Under the pieces are notes generated by a model. It was not told the origin of the DNA, did not search any database, and worked only from the letters and a program-made list of their open reading frames with translations. Of a stretch of 64,000 nt of DNA, positions 39,257 to 49,580 are shown in pieces (the stretch's first letter is position 1; each line of letters opens with the position of its first letter). Origin of the DNA: a candidate division TM6 bacterium GW2011_GWF2_28_16 (GTDB taxonomy: Bacteria; Patescibacteriota; Microgenomatia; UBA1400; PJMF01); the NCBI GenBank assembly GCA_001029715.1, contig CP011212.1:195407-259406 (forward strand), read 5' to 3'. The translations under genes and the position numbers were made by a program.

Positions 39257-39541
39257 ATGTCTAGATCAAGTAAAAAAGGACCATACATCGACCCAAAGCT
39301 TTTAAAAAAGGTTTTAGCCCAAAAAGCATCTGGAGAGAAAAAGCCAATCAAAACTTGGAGTCGCGCTTGCGTGATTGCTCCTGAATTTGTTGGTCATACT
39401 TTTATGGTTCATCAAGGCAAGAACTTTATTGAAGTTTTTGTATCTGAATTAATGGTTGGTCATAGCTTAGGCGAGTTTTCTCCAACCAGAACCTTTAGAG
39501 GTCACGGTAAGATCGTCAAGAGAACACTTACTAAGACTTAA
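39257..39541 (+). CDS. rpsS: 30S ribosomal protein S19
   Basis: SKKGPYID and GHTF.VHQGK motifs. Confidence 0.95.
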   Translation: MSRSSKKGPYIDPKLLKKVLAQKASGEKKPIKTWSRACVIAPEFVGHTFMVHQGKNFIEVFVSELMVGHSLGEFSPTRTFRGHGKIVKRTLTKT

Positions 39542-39559
39542 AATTTTGGAAACAATAAA

Positions 39560-40111
39560 ATGATAATTAAAGCAGAACAAAGAAACACCAGACAAACATC
39601 TCGCAAAGTGCGATTAGTTGCTGACGTGGTCAAGAAAATGAGCATCGTTGATGCTATTAATCAATTGGCCGTAATGAATAGAAAATCTAGTCTTTTGGTT
39701 CTAAAAGTTTTGCGCCAAGCAACTGCTAACGCAACTAATAATTTTAATTTAGTTCTTAGCGATTTGGAAATTGACAACATTGTTATAAATGATGGTCCTG
39801 CACTCAAGAGATGGAGAGCTGTTAGCCGTGGTCGTGCTCATACTATTTTGAAAAGAACCTGTCACGTTAGAGTAGACTTAAGAACTAAAAAAGAAGTTGA
39901 GCCTACAAAAATTGTTAAAAAAGAAGTTACTAAAAAAGTAGAAGAAGTTAAAAAAGAATCTGAAGTTAAAGAGGTCAAGAAAACCACTGTTAAGAAAGCT
40001 CAGGATGCTATTAAGTTAGATCGTAGCAAGAGCCAAGCTGCAAATCTACAGGGTTCTGGCAAAGGTCAAGCTAACAAGTTAATACAAAGTCAGAAAAAGG
40101 GATCTAAATAA
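39560..40111 (+). CDS. rplV: 50S ribosomal protein L22 with Lys-rich C-terminal extension
   Basis: RKVRLVADVVKKMSIVDAI core plus a roughly 70-aa basic tail. Confidence 0.9.
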   Translation: MIIKAEQRNTRQTSRKVRLVADVVKKMSIVDAINQLAVMNRKSSLLVLKVLRQATANATNNFNLVLSDLEIDNIVINDGPALKRWRAVSRGRAHTILKRTCHVRVDLRTKKEVEPTKIVKKEVTKKVEEVKKESEVKEVKKTTVKKAQDAIKLDRSKSQAANLQGSGKGQANKLIQSQKKGSK

Positions 40112-40115
40112 AGAT

Positions 40116-40766
40116 ATGGGACAAAAAGTTAATCCAATTAATTTTAGAACAGGCGGGATTTTCAACTGGAAATCTCTCTGGTTTGCTAGCAAAACAGATT
40201 ATGCTGAAAAAGTTCTAGAAGATTACAAGTTGCGTGAGTATTTGGAAAAGAATCTCGCCAATGCTGGATTAGTTGAAATTGAAATCAGACGTTCTATCAA
40301 TAAACTTTTAATAGTTTTATCAGTGGCCAGACCAGGTGTGGTGATTGGTAAAGGCGGCACAAATTTAGAAAAAGTTAAAAAAGGTGTCGAAAGAATGACT
40401 AACGTTTCTAAAGATAAGAAAGACAAGGCAAGAGTCGAATTAAAAGTCGAAGAAGTTAAAAAACCAGACTTAAGTGCTAAATTAGTTTTAGAGAGAATTA
40501 TTTCTCAACTATTAGCTAGATATCCACATCGTCGTGCTGTTACTCAGGCTATGGAAAAGGTCATGGCGGCTGGCGCAAAAGGTGTTAAAATTCAACTCTC
40601 CGGTAGAATCGCTGGAGCCGAAATTGGTCGTAGTGAAAAATACTTTCAAGGTAGTATTCCAACACAGACTTTGAGAGCAAATATTGATTATGCCGAAGCC
40701 CCAGCCAAAACAAGATCTGGCTACGTGGGTATTAAAGTATGGATTTATAAAGGGGAAGTAGTCTAG
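40116..40766 (+). CDS. rpsC: 30S ribosomal protein S3
   Basis: MGQKVNPI N-terminus and KH domain. Confidence 0.95.
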   Translation: MGQKVNPINFRTGGIFNWKSLWFASKTDYAEKVLEDYKLREYLEKNLANAGLVEIEIRRSINKLLIVLSVARPGVVIGKGGTNLEKVKKGVERMTNVSKDKKDKARVELKVEEVKKPDLSAKLVLERIISQLLARYPHRRAVTQAMEKVMAAGAKGVKIQLSGRIAGAEIGRSEKYFQGSIPTQTLRANIDYAEAPAKTRSGYVGIKVWIYKGEVV

Positions 40767-40768
40767 CA

Positions 40769-41176
40769 ATGTTACAACCAAAAAAAGTAAAATACCGTAA
40801 GACCTTTAGAGGTAAGAATAGAGGTAAAGCCTTAAGAGGTTGTGAAATTGTTTTTGGCGAATATGGTCTTAGATCTTTAAGTTTAGGAGAGATTTCTGCT
40901 CGTCAAATTGAAGCAGCTCGTAAGAAAATTACTTATGCTACCAAAAGAGAAGGAAAATATTGGATTAAAATTTTTCCTCACAAGCCTTTAACCCAAAAGC
41001 CACTTGGTGTCAAAATGGGTTCAGGTAAAGGTGCTATTGAAGAATATGTCGCTCTTGTAAAACCTGGAGTGATTATGTTTGAGATCGGTGGAGTTAGTGA
41101 AGAAATTGCAAAATCAGCTATGCAAAAAGCTGCTGCTAAATTATCAGTTAAAACAGAGTTTGTAAAGAAAAAATAA
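40769..41176 (+). CDS. rplP: 50S ribosomal protein L16
   Basis: [11 protein letters not shown] signature. Confidence 0.95.
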   Translation: MLQPKKVKYRKTFRGKNRGKALRGCEIVFGEYGLRSLSLGEISARQIEAARKKITYATKREGKYWIKIFPHKPLTQKPLGVKMGSGKGAIEEYVALVKPGVIMFEIGGVSEEIAKSAMQKAAAKLSVKTEFVKKK

Positions 41177-41383
41177 ATGAAAAGAAACGATATTAAAGCC
41201 CTCCATCAAAAAACTGAAGTAGAACTCAACAAGGAATTGCTTGATTTGACCCACAGTTTGGCTAACATGCGTTTGCAAAAGAAAGTTGGAAAGCTAAGTA
41301 GTGTTTCTAAATTAAAGAATTTAAGTGATGACATAGCTAGAATAAAAACCATTTTGACAGAAAAGAAAACTCAAATTAAATAA
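41177..41383 (+). CDS. rpmC: 50S ribosomal protein L29
   Basis: Operon position and the L29 helical pattern. Confidence 0.85.
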   Translation: MKRNDIKALHQKTEVELNKELLDLTHSLANMRLQKKVGKLSSVSKLKNLSDDIARIKTILTEKKTQIK

Positions 41384-41384
41384 T

Positions 41385-41624
41385 ATGAAAAAGTTACAAG
41401 GCAAAGTTACATCTTTAAAGACAGTGAACACAGCAATTGTTAGTGTAGAGCGTAAGTGGGCTCACCCTCTTTATCAAAAATTGGTTAGACGCAGTAAAAA
41501 ATACGCTTGTGACTTTGATGTAAAATCTATTGAATTAGTTTTAAATGATGTGGTCGAAATCCAAGAAACTCGTCCTCTCAGTAAAACTAAGAGATTTAAA
41601 GTAGTCAAGAAAATTGGAAAATAG
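41385..41624 (+). CDS. rpsQ: 30S ribosomal protein S17
   Basis: [14 protein letters not shown] motif. Confidence 0.9.
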   Translation: MKKLQGKVTSLKTVNTAIVSVERKWAHPLYQKLVRRSKKYACDFDVKSIELVLNDVVEIQETRPLSKTKRFKVVKKIGK

Positions 41625-41626
41625 AA

Positions 41627-42001
41627 ATGATACAACTAAAAACCGTACTAGCGATAGCTGACAACAGCGGTGCCAAAAGAATTAGAGTAATCCAGGTTTA
41701 TGGTGGCTCTAAGAGAAGATTTGGTGGTGTTGGTGATATGGTTATCGGTTCAGTCATTGCTGCCGATGCCAATGGCACAGTTAAAAAAGGTGAAAAAGTT
41801 AGAGCCGTAATTGTGCGTACTAGAAAAGAACAAAGAAGAGCTAGTGGTGAGTATATTCGTTTCGATGAAAATGCTGCCGTGATTGTTCAAGCCAGAAATA
41901 ACAAAGAACCAATTGGTACTCGCGTTTTTGGACCAATTGCCAGAGAAGTTAAAGATCAAGGTTATAATAAAATTGCTAGTTTAGCTCCGGAGGTATTATG
42001 A
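41627..42001 (+). CDS. rplN: 50S ribosomal protein L14
   Basis: MIQ..T.L.VADNSGAK signature. Confidence 0.95.
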   Translation: MIQLKTVLAIADNSGAKRIRVIQVYGGSKRRFGGVGDMVIGSVIAADANGTVKKGEKVRAVIVRTRKEQRRASGEYIRFDENAAVIVQARNNKEPIGTRVFGPIAREVKDQGYNKIASLAPEVL

Positions 42002-42333
42002 AATTAAAAATTGGAGATAAAGTCTTAGTTACCGCCGGTAAAGATAAAGGCAAAAGAAGTGAAATTATTGCTGTTTTTCCTGCTACTGATAAAGTTTCAG
42101 TCAAAGACGTCAATCTTTACTTTAAGCACGTTAAGCCTTTTATGGATAAACCAGGTGAAAGAACCAGAAAAGAACGTCCTATGTCTGTGGCCAAAGTTGC
42201 CATTATTAATGACAAAGATCAGGCAGATAGAATTTCTTACAAAGTTACCGCTGATGGTAAAAAGGAAAGAATTTTTAAGAAAACTGGTCAATTAATTAAA
42301 GACCAAAAAGAAACTAAACCTAAGAAAAAATAA
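41998..42333 (+). CDS. rplX: 50S ribosomal protein L24
   Basis: [19 protein letters not shown] motif. Confidence 0.93.
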   Translation: MKLKIGDKVLVTAGKDKGKRSEIIAVFPATDKVSVKDVNLYFKHVKPFMDKPGERTRKERPMSVAKVAIINDKDQADRISYKVTADGKKERIFKKTGQLIKDQKETKPKKK

Positions 42334-42335
42334 AT

Positions 42336-42899
42336 ATGAATCGTTTGAAAGAAAAATACCAGCAAGAAGTTTTAAAAACTTTGATGAAGGAGTTCTCTTA
42401 TAAGAATCCTAATCAAGTGAGTAAAATTGAAAAAGTTATCTTAAACATGGGTGTTGCTGAACCTCAGGATCCTCATGCTAGAGAAAAAGTGATGCCTTTA
42501 ATTGTTAAGCAATTTGAAGATATTACTGGACAACATCCTCAGGTTACTAAAGCTCGTAAAGCTATTTCTAACTTTAAATTAAGAGCAGGTGACCCAATGG
42601 GTGTGATGGTGACCTTGCGTGGAGAATTAATGTGGGAATTCTTAGATAGATTAATTTCTATCACATTGCCACGTGTTAAAGATTTCCGTGGAGTCAGCAA
42701 AGTGGCTTTTGATGGTCAAGGAAATTATAGTCTTGGAATTGAAGAGCAAATTTCTTTTCCAGAGATAGAATTTGATCAAATCGATCGTATTAGACCACTT
42801 CAAGTTAACATTGTAACTAGTAACAAAGATGACAAAGAGGCATTCCGCCTTTTAGAACTCTTAGGTATGCCTTTCAAGAAGGAAGAGAAAAATAATTAA
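42336..42899 (+). CDS. rplE: 50S ribosomal protein L5
   Basis: L5 motifs and operon position. Confidence 0.95.
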   Translation: MNRLKEKYQQEVLKTLMKEFSYKNPNQVSKIEKVILNMGVAEPQDPHAREKVMPLIVKQFEDITGQHPQVTKARKAISNFKLRAGDPMGVMVTLRGELMWEFLDRLISITLPRVKDFRGVSKVAFDGQGNYSLGIEEQISFPEIEFDQIDRIRPLQVNIVTSNKDDKEAFRLLELLGMPFKKEEKNN

Positions 42900-42901
42900 T
42901 T

Positions 42902-43132
42902 ATGGCAAAGAAATCAAAGATTGCTAAAACAAAAAAACTTTTGGCTAAAAATGAAGTCTTGTTAAAGTCAGAAGTTAAAAAAGTGAATAGAGTCTCGACT
43001 AGAGGCGTTAATCGTTGTAAAATTACGGGTCGTCCAAGAGGCTACATGCGTTTTTTTGGTTTGAGCCGTATTACTTTTAGAGAATTAGCAGCCAAGGGTG
43101 AATTACCAGGTGTAGTAAAAAGCAGTAAATAA
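42902..43132 (+). CDS. rpsN: 30S ribosomal protein S14 (short type, single Cys, no full Zn ribbon)
   Basis: Operon position. R.RGY motif. 76 aa. Confidence 0.85.
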   Translation: MAKKSKIAKTKKLLAKNEVLLKSEVKKVNRVSTRGVNRCKITGRPRGYMRFFGLSRITFRELAAKGELPGVVKSSK

Positions 43133-43136
43133 AATT

Positions 43137-43526
43137 ATGACCGATCCTATAGCAGACATGATTATCAGAATTAAGAACAGCGTAATGGCAGGACGTAAAG
43201 ATCTTGTAATGCCTCATTCTAAATTGAAAGAAGCACTGGCAAGAATCTTAAAGGACTTCGATTACATTGATGCTTATGAAGTTTTAAATACTTCTGACTT
43301 TAAAGAAATTAAAATTACTCTCAAGTATGCTGGTAAAGCATCGGTAATTAGTGGAGTTAAAAGAGTTTCTAAGCCAGGATGTCGTATTTATAAAAGTGCT
43401 GACGCTATTCCAAATACTTTAAATGGTTATGGTTTAACCATTTTATCAACTAATAAAGGTATTATGGATGGCAAGAGTGCTCGCAAGAATAATATTGGTG
43501 GAGAGGTACTTTGCCAAATTTGGTAA
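43137..43526 (+). CDS. rpsH: 30S ribosomal protein S8
   Basis: MTDPIADMIIRIKN signature. Confidence 0.95.
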   Translation: MTDPIADMIIRIKNSVMAGRKDLVMPHSKLKEALARILKDFDYIDAYEVLNTSDFKEIKITLKYAGKASVISGVKRVSKPGCRIYKSADAIPNTLNGYGLTILSTNKGIMDGKSARKNNIGGEVLCQIW

Positions 43527-43541
43527 AGAATTCAAAAAGAT

Positions 43542-44081
43542 ATGTCAAAAATTGGTAAAAAAATCATTACAATCCCAAGTCAAGTCATTGCTACACTCGT
43601 TGGTGATGAATTGACCACGAAGGGTCCAAAAGGCGAATTGAAATTAACTATTCTGCCTAATATTGTAGTGAAAATTGATGGCAACGAAATATCTTTGTCT
43701 CGCAAAAATGATGAGAAACAAAATAGAGCTAATCATGGTTTAATGAGAAGTTTGATTGCCAATAACATCGAGGGTGTAGCCAATGCTTATAAAAAGACTT
43801 TAAAACTAATTGGCACTGGTTATAGAGTAACTTCTAGGGGTGCTGGTTTATCCATGACCTTGGGCTATTCTCACACTACTGAGGTTGTGGCAGTCCCAGG
43901 TATTACTTTTAAAGTTGAGGGAAATGATACGGTTAATATTGAAGGCATTGATAAACAATTAGTTGGTCAGGTTGCCGCTGATATTAGAAGTTTAAGACCA
44001 CCAGAGCCTTATTTAGGCAAAGGTATTCGTTACAGTGATGAAATAGTCAAAAAGAAGCCAGGCAAAGCAGCCGCTAAATAA
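43542..44081 (+). CDS. rplF: 50S ribosomal protein L6
   Basis: SKIGKK..I N-terminus and a two-domain L6 layout. Confidence 0.93.
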   Translation: MSKIGKKIITIPSQVIATLVGDELTTKGPKGELKLTILPNIVVKIDGNEISLSRKNDEKQNRANHGLMRSLIANNIEGVANAYKKTLKLIGTGYRVTSRGAGLSMTLGYSHTTEVVAVPGITFKVEGNDTVNIEGIDKQLVGQVAADIRSLRPPEPYLGKGIRYSDEIVKKKPGKAAAK

Positions 44082-44092
44082 TTAGGAAAAAA

Positions 44093-44452
44093 ATGTCAGA
44101 TATTAAATTATTAAACAAAAATAGAATCAAGAGACAGAAGCGTATCAGAACAAAGATTGTTGGAACCACTCTTCGTCCTCGTTTAACTGTTTTCCGTTCC
44201 AATGAGCATATTTCACTTCAAGTGATCGATGATTCAATTGCTAAAACTTTGGTTAGTGCCGATGACAAGTCTAAAGACAAAAAAGTTAAAGGTACTAAAA
44301 CAGAGAGAGCGATTGCTACTAGCAAAGTTTTATTAGAACTTTTGAAGAAAAATAAAATTGAAAATTTAGTTTTTGATCGTTCTTATTATAAATATCACGG
44401 CAGAATTAAAGCAGTTGCTGAAACTCTTCGTGAGGGTGGAATTAAATTATAA
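44093..44452 (+). CDS. rplR: 50S ribosomal protein L18
   Basis: RLTVFRSN.HI..Q.ID motif. Confidence 0.93.
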   Translation: MSDIKLLNKNRIKRQKRIRTKIVGTTLRPRLTVFRSNEHISLQVIDDSIAKTLVSADDKSKDKKVKGTKTERAIATSKVLLELLKKNKIENLVFDRSYYKYHGRIKAVAETLREGGIKL

Positions 44453-44454
44453 AT

Positions 44455-45117
44455 ATGGCAAGAGATAATTTCGGTAAACCAGAAGTCAAAGAATTTGAAG
44501 AGAAAGTCATTCAAATTTCTAGAGTATCTAAAAAAACCAAAGGTGGTAATAAGGTTGGTTTTTCAGTATTGATGGTGGTCGGTGATAAAAAAGGTCGCGT
44601 TGGTGTTGGTCTTGGAAAAGCTGGCGATGTTTTAGCCGCTATCAAAAAAAGTGTCAAAAAAGCCAAGAAAAAATTAATTAGTATTCCTCTTGATGGAACC
44701 ACTATTCCTTTTGCTATTACTGTTAAAAAAGGTGCTGGCAAAGTTATGTTAAAACCATCCTCTAAAGGAACTGGTGTTATTGCTGGTGGTCCAGTTAGAG
44801 CCGTTGTCGAAGCTGCTGGTGTTAGAGATATTACCTGCAAAATTATGGGTAGCGATAATCAAGCTTCTTCAGTTTATGCAACCTTTGAAGCACTTAAACA
44901 AATTTCTAAGATAGTTGCAATTAAAGGCATTAAATTACGTTCTATTTCTGATATCGAAGAAGAAGAGAGAAAGAAAGTTGAAGAATTACAGAAACACGCT
45001 GTTGAAGTTGCTGAAAAACATGAAGAAACTATTAAAACCGAAGTAGCTAAGCAGAAACCAGTTGCTAAAAAACTAGCAGTCAAAAAACCAACTGCTAAAA
45101 AAGCAGCCAGTAAATAA
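44455..45117 (+). CDS. rpsE: 30S ribosomal protein S5 with C-terminal K/A-rich extension
   Basis: RVSKKTKGG and GTG.IAGG motifs plus a roughly 55-aa extension. Confidence 0.93.
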   Translation: MARDNFGKPEVKEFEEKVIQISRVSKKTKGGNKVGFSVLMVVGDKKGRVGVGLGKAGDVLAAIKKSVKKAKKKLISIPLDGTTIPFAITVKKGAGKVMLKPSSKGTGVIAGGPVRAVVEAAGVRDITCKIMGSDNQASSVYATFEALKQISKIVAIKGIKLRSISDIEEEERKKVEELQKHAVEVAEKHEETIKTEVAKQKPVAKKLAVKKPTAKKAASK

Positions 45118-45126
45118 GGATTTAAA

Positions 45127-45567
45127 ATGTCTATTTTAAGTATAATTAAAAAAATCAGCACAAATAAAATGAAACGCCTTGGTAGAGGTTATGGTTCTGG
45201 AAAAGGTGGTCACACTTCATCCAGAGGTCAAAAGGGTCAAAAATCTCGTACTGGCTCAAAGGTTCCTCTTTGGTTTGAAGGTGGTTCTTTGCCTCTTTCT
45301 AAAAGAATTCCAATGTGGAGAGGTAAAGGTCGTTTTAAAAATTTGAATCCTAGTGCAGAGTTGACATTCGACGATCTGAACAAAATTGAATTAACTGATA
45401 TTACCTTAGACTCTCTTAAGTTAAATAGAATTATTGATAAAAGATTTAAAAAAGCTAAAGTGATTAGCAAAGGTAAATTAAACAAAAAAGTTAATTTAAA
45501 AGGCATCGGCGCCTCTGCATCTGCTAAAAAAGAAATCGAAGCCCTTGGCGGTGCTGTTGAAATTTAA
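45127..45567 (+). CDS. rplO: 50S ribosomal protein L15
   Basis: RLGRGYGSGKGGHTSSRG signature. No rpmD lies between rpsE and rplO. Confidence 0.93.
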   Translation: MSILSIIKKISTNKMKRLGRGYGSGKGGHTSSRGQKGQKSRTGSKVPLWFEGGSLPLSKRIPMWRGKGRFKNLNPSAELTFDDLNKIELTDITLDSLKLNRIIDKRFKKAKVISKGKLNKKVNLKGIGASASAKKEIEALGGAVEI

Positions 45568-45624
45568 AAGCTTCTTGCTTTTATAATAGTCTTTGCTTTA
45601 GAATATTAACTTCTTGCCATAGAA

Positions 45625-46911
45625 GTGATAGAAAAAATTTTAAATAAAATTCAAGCGATTATTTCCAATCCAAAGCTTAAAAGCAAGCTCTTATTTACCC
45701 TAGCAATTTTTGCTCTTACCAGAGTTCTCGCTCATGTTCCAGTTCCAATCGTTGATTTATCACAATTAAAGTTTTTATTTGATTCAAATCAATTTCTTAA
45801 TTTCTTGAATGTTTTTTCAGGTGGAACGTTGTCTCAGTTTTCCATTGTGGCTGTTGGCATTAATCCTTATATTACTGCTTCTATCATTATGCAGCTGGCG
45901 GGAATGGTTATTCCTAAAATCAAAGAAATGCAAAAAGAGGGCGAAGCCAGTCGAGCTAAACTTAATCAATATATGCGTTTAATGTCGGTGCCAATTGCAA
46001 TTGTTCAATCTATTGCGGTGATTGCTTTACTTAACTCTCAAAATTTACTTAGTAATTCAGGCCTGTCTAATATGATTGTAGTGGTAGCTACTTTAGTTGC
46101 TGGTTCAATGATTATGATGTGGCTTGGTGAAATTATTAACGAGAAAGGAATCGGTAATGGTATTTCTATGATTCTTTTGGCTGGTATTATTAGTCAAATT
46201 CCAACGAGTACCGCTTCGCTTTTTGCTTTAGCAGATACGATTGATCTAACTTCACTTTTAGTAATCTTGGCTTTGCTAGTTGCTGTGATTTGGATGGTTG
46301 TTTTTATGAATGAGGCAGTGCGTAAAATTCAAATTCAATACGCCAAGAGAATTAGAGGTGGTAGGCAATATGGTGGTCAGCAAACTCATTTACCAATTAA
46401 GGTTAACGTGGCCGGAGTGATGCCGATCATTTTTGCAATCTCTCTAATGATGTTGCCATCTTTTGTGGGTAAGTTATTACTCTTGGCTAAGAGTGAATCA
46501 CTAATTAGCTTTGGAGAAAAAATAACTGTTTGGTTTGCACCAACTTCTTCTATTTATTTGATTACTTATTTTGTTCTGGTTTTTGTTTTTAGTTATTTTT
46601 CAGCGATTATCTTTTTTAATGCTCAGGATATTTCTGATGAGCTAAAAAAAAGTGGCGCTTTTATTCTTGGTATAAGACCAGGAAGTCCAACTAAAAAATT
46701 CTTAGAATTTGTAGTAACCAGAATTACTTTTGCTGGAGCTATCTTTTTAGCCTCTATCGCTATCTTGCCTTCTTTGGCCCAAATCATGACCGGCATTCAG
46801 TCATTAGCTGTGGGTGGAACAAGTATTTTAATTGTGGTTTCAGTTATTTTGGAAACTTCCAAGCAAATTAATTCTCAACTTTTGAGTGAAAACTATGAAA
46901 AATATTCTTAA
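45625..46911 (+). CDS. secY: preprotein translocase subunit SecY
   Basis: Ten-TM layout and GINPYITASIIMQL motif. Confidence 0.95.
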   Translation: MIEKILNKIQAIISNPKLKSKLLFTLAIFALTRVLAHVPVPIVDLSQLKFLFDSNQFLNFLNVFSGGTLSQFSIVAVGINPYITASIIMQLAGMVIPKIKEMQKEGEASRAKLNQYMRLMSVPIAIVQSIAVIALLNSQNLLSNSGLSNMIVVVATLVAGSMIMMWLGEIINEKGIGNGISMILLAGIISQIPTSTASLFALADTIDLTSLLVILALLVAVIWMVVFMNEAVRKIQIQYAKRIRGGRQYGGQQTHLPIKVNVAGVMPIIFAISLMMLPSFVGKLLLLAKSESLISFGEKITVWFAPTSSIYLITYFVLVFVFSYFSAIIFFNAQDISDELKKSGAFILGIRPGSPTKKFLEFVVTRITFAGAIFLASIAILPSLAQIMTGIQSLAVGGTSILIVVSVILETSKQINSQLLSENYEKYS

Positions 46912-46941
46912 TTTACAAAATCCAATTAGCAGAAAGGCATC

Positions 46942-47502
46942 ATGCAATTAGTTTTGGTAGGTATCCAAGGAGCTGGCAAATCCACCCAAGGAAACCTTTT
47001 ATCAGAAAAATTTAAAATTCCTTATCTTTCTTCAGGTCACGTTTTTCGTGAGATGTCCAAGGAAAAGACTCCACTCGGTCGTTTCTTAAAAGAGACTCTT
47101 AATGCTGGTTATCTAATTCCTGATGACAAAACAGTTGATATTGTTATGGAATATTTAGAAAAGCCAGAATACCAAAATGGTTTTATTCTCGATGGCTTTC
47201 CACGTACAGTTCCTCAAGCTGAAGCTTTTCAAAAATTCACTAAAGGAGAAGAGGTAACTATTTTAATTGATGTATCAGATAAAGAAGCATTATGGAGAAT
47301 CTCTGGTAGAGTCAGTGATCGCAGCGATGAGACATTACAAGCTATTCGCAAAAGAATTGATCTTTTTCATGAAAAAACTTCTAAAGTTTTAGATTATTAT
47401 GCTGATCGTAAGCATTTAGCTGTAGTTGATGGTGAAAAAAGCGTGGAAGAAGTTTTTGAGCAAATTGTTGAAAAAATAGAGGCTATTTGTTCAAAAAAGT
47501 GA
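46942..47502 (+). CDS. adk: adenylate kinase (short, no lid Zn motif)
   Basis: P-loop GIQGAGKSTQ and the NMP-binding region. Confidence 0.9.
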   Translation: MQLVLVGIQGAGKSTQGNLLSEKFKIPYLSSGHVFREMSKEKTPLGRFLKETLNAGYLIPDDKTVDIVMEYLEKPEYQNGFILDGFPRTVPQAEAFQKFTKGEEVTILIDVSDKEALWRISGRVSDRSDETLQAIRKRIDLFHEKTSKVLDYYADRKHLAVVDGEKSVEEVFEQIVEKIEAICSKK

Positions 47503-47574
47503 TTAGTTTTGCTAGAGGATGATTATTTTTCTAAATCTGGTATAATATTGCGGTTACTTTGAAAAAATAATCAT

Positions 47575-47904
47575 ATGGGTAAAGTACAAGATCATAAAAG
47601 AAGTTCTAAGGTCAAGCGACAGGTCGATTTTACGCTTCATAGCGCCGATAGTCAGACTGACCGCTTCGAAATACTTGGCGAAGTGGTAGATTGTCTACCA
47701 AACACCATGTTTAGAATTAAAGTGACAGAGGCCACTGCAGAGCAGATGGTTGGAAGAATGTTGTTGGGAACTTTGGCTGGCAAAATGCGCCTTTATCGCA
47801 TCAGGGTAATGCCTGGAGATTTTGTCAAAGGTTATGTCTCTAAATATGACTTAACCAAATGTAAAGTGACCTACCGCAGTAGTAAAGAAAAAAGTATAAA
47901 ATAA
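47575..47904 (+). CDS. infA: translation initiation factor IF-1 with N-terminal extension and an internal insertion
   Basis: LPNTMFRIK...GKMR.YRIRV..GD.V..Y.SKYDLTK.KV.YR S1-like core. Confidence 0.8.
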   Translation: MGKVQDHKRSSKVKRQVDFTLHSADSQTDRFEILGEVVDCLPNTMFRIKVTEATAEQMVGRMLLGTLAGKMRLYRIRVMPGDFVKGYVSKYDLTKCKVTYRSSKEKSIK

Positions 47905-47989
47905 ATCCGCGAAAGCAGGTTTAATTAGCGCAATTGCCTCTTTAAAAAGTCGCTTTTATGAGGTATATTGCGAGGCTATTGTTATTATT

Positions 47990-48103
47990 ATGAAAGTTAA
48001 AGCATCATTAAAGAAAATGTGCATCAATTGCAAGTTTGTAAAACGCAAGGGAAAGTTGTTTGTTATCTGTACTAATCCTAAACACAAACAGCGCCAAGGA
48101 TAA
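47990..48103 (+). CDS. rpmJ: 50S ribosomal protein L36
   Basis: Manual translation gives [37 protein letters not shown]. Missed by the ORF track because it is too short. Confidence 0.9.
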   Translation: MKVKASLKKMCINCKFVKRKGKLFVICTNPKHKQRQG

Positions 48104-48105
48104 TT

Positions 48106-48510
48106 ATGTCACGTATTGCAGGTCAAGATTTACCAGATCATAAAAAAGTGCCTTACGCACTACGCTATATTTTTGGTGTTGGTCCAAAAATAGCTGATGA
48201 TGTTGTCAAAAAAGCTAGAATTAATCCAGATAAAAGAGCCAACGAATTAAGCTCCGAAGAGGTTACTAAGATTCAGGCTGCTTTAGATCAAATTATGATT
48301 GAAGGTGATCTTCGTAGAGAAATTAATGATAATATTTCTCGTTTAAAAAGAATTCATGCTTATCGTGGTTTACGCCATATGGCTGGTTTACCAGTCAGAG
48401 GTCAGAGAACCAGATCTAATGCTCGTACCAAAAGAGGTGCTAAGAAGACCATCGGTGCATTAAGTAAAGAAGCAGCAACTAAAGTAGAAGAAACAAAAAG
48501 TACTAAGTAA
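48106..48510 (+). CDS. rpsM: 30S ribosomal protein S13
   Basis: MSRIAGQDLP N-terminus and basic C-terminus. Confidence 0.95.
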   Translation: MSRIAGQDLPDHKKVPYALRYIFGVGPKIADDVVKKARINPDKRANELSSEEVTKIQAALDQIMIEGDLRREINDNISRLKRIHAYRGLRHMAGLPVRGQRTRSNARTKRGAKKTIGALSKEAATKVEETKSTK

Positions 48511-48525
48511 TTAAATTAATGAGAT

Positions 48526-48915
48526 ATGGCCAAACAAATTAAGAAAACTCAAAAAAAGAAAGTCATTCGCGTTGTTCCTTCTGGGAGATTATACGTTAGT
48601 GCTACTTTTAACAATACTTTAGTTAGTATTACTGATGAACAAGGTGCAGTTTTATGCTGGTCAAGCACTGGTGAAGCTGGTTTTTCTGGTTCTCGTAAAT
48701 CTACTCCTTATGCAGCTACTGTTGCTTTAGAAAATGCCATTAATAAAGCCAAGAATTACGGCATGAATAAAATGGATGTTTTCATCAAGGGTCCAGGTCC
48801 AGGTAGAGATGTTGCTTTGCGCGTACTTCGTGCACAGGGCATTAGAGTCTCAATGATCGCTGACCTCACCCCAGTGCCTCATAATGGCACTAGACCAAGA
48901 AAGGCTAGACACTAA
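48526..48915 (+). CDS. rpsK: 30S ribosomal protein S11
   Basis: ATFNNT.VSITD..G and GPGPGR motifs. Confidence 0.95.
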   Translation: MAKQIKKTQKKKVIRVVPSGRLYVSATFNNTLVSITDEQGAVLCWSSTGEAGFSGSRKSTPYAATVALENAINKAKNYGMNKMDVFIKGPGPGRDVALRVLRAQGIRVSMIADLTPVPHNGTRPRKARH

Positions 48916-48916
48916 T

Positions 48917-49522
48917 ATGGCAAGATATATTGGCCCAAAACAGAGATTACAGAGGCAAATAGGCGAAGATTTAGGTCTTAAGACCAATGCTTTGAAAACT
49001 GCTCGTAGATTAGCCACTAGACCTGGTCAGCATGGTGCTAAAGGTCGTCGTAAAATTTCTAACTATGGTGTTCAGCTCAAAGAAAAACAAAAATTGAAAT
49101 ATATTTATGGTTTACTTGAAAAGCAATTGCGTGCCACCTATGAAGAGGCTGCAAAAAATCCAGCCGCTACTGGTAGTGCAATGTTGAGTTTCTTAGAGAG
49201 AAGACTTGATAATGTTGTTTATCGTTTGGGTTGGGCTCCTACCAGAGCAGCTGCCAGACAATTAGTTAATCATAATCATTTCACTCTTAATAATAAAAAA
49301 ATGAACGTTCCTTCATATCAGGTGAAAGTTGGCGATATTTTGGCTATGAAAGCTAAAACCGCTAAAATTCCAGCTGTGATGGAAGTCATGAAACAAGAGA
49401 CTAATTTGCCGGCTTGGTTGGAAGCTAAGAATGGCGTTGCTCATGTAGCCAAATTACCAGTAAGAGAAGATATTACTGAAAAAATTGAAGAGCAATTAAT
49501 AGTTGAGTATTACAATAGATAA
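48917..49522 (+). CDS. rpsD: 30S ribosomal protein S4
   Basis: MARYIGPK start is preferred over the upstream TTG. S4 domain present. Confidence 0.92.
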   Translation: MARYIGPKQRLQRQIGEDLGLKTNALKTARRLATRPGQHGAKGRRKISNYGVQLKEKQKLKYIYGLLEKQLRATYEEAAKNPAATGSAMLSFLERRLDNVVYRLGWAPTRAAARQLVNHNHFTLNNKKMNVPSYQVKVGDILAMKAKTAKIPAVMEVMKQETNLPAWLEAKNGVAHVAKLPVREDITEKIEEQLIVEYYNR

Positions 49523-49580
49523 TTATAAATTACGGAAACGGATTTCTCCAAAAATGGAGAGAGATGAAACAAAGGAAAAT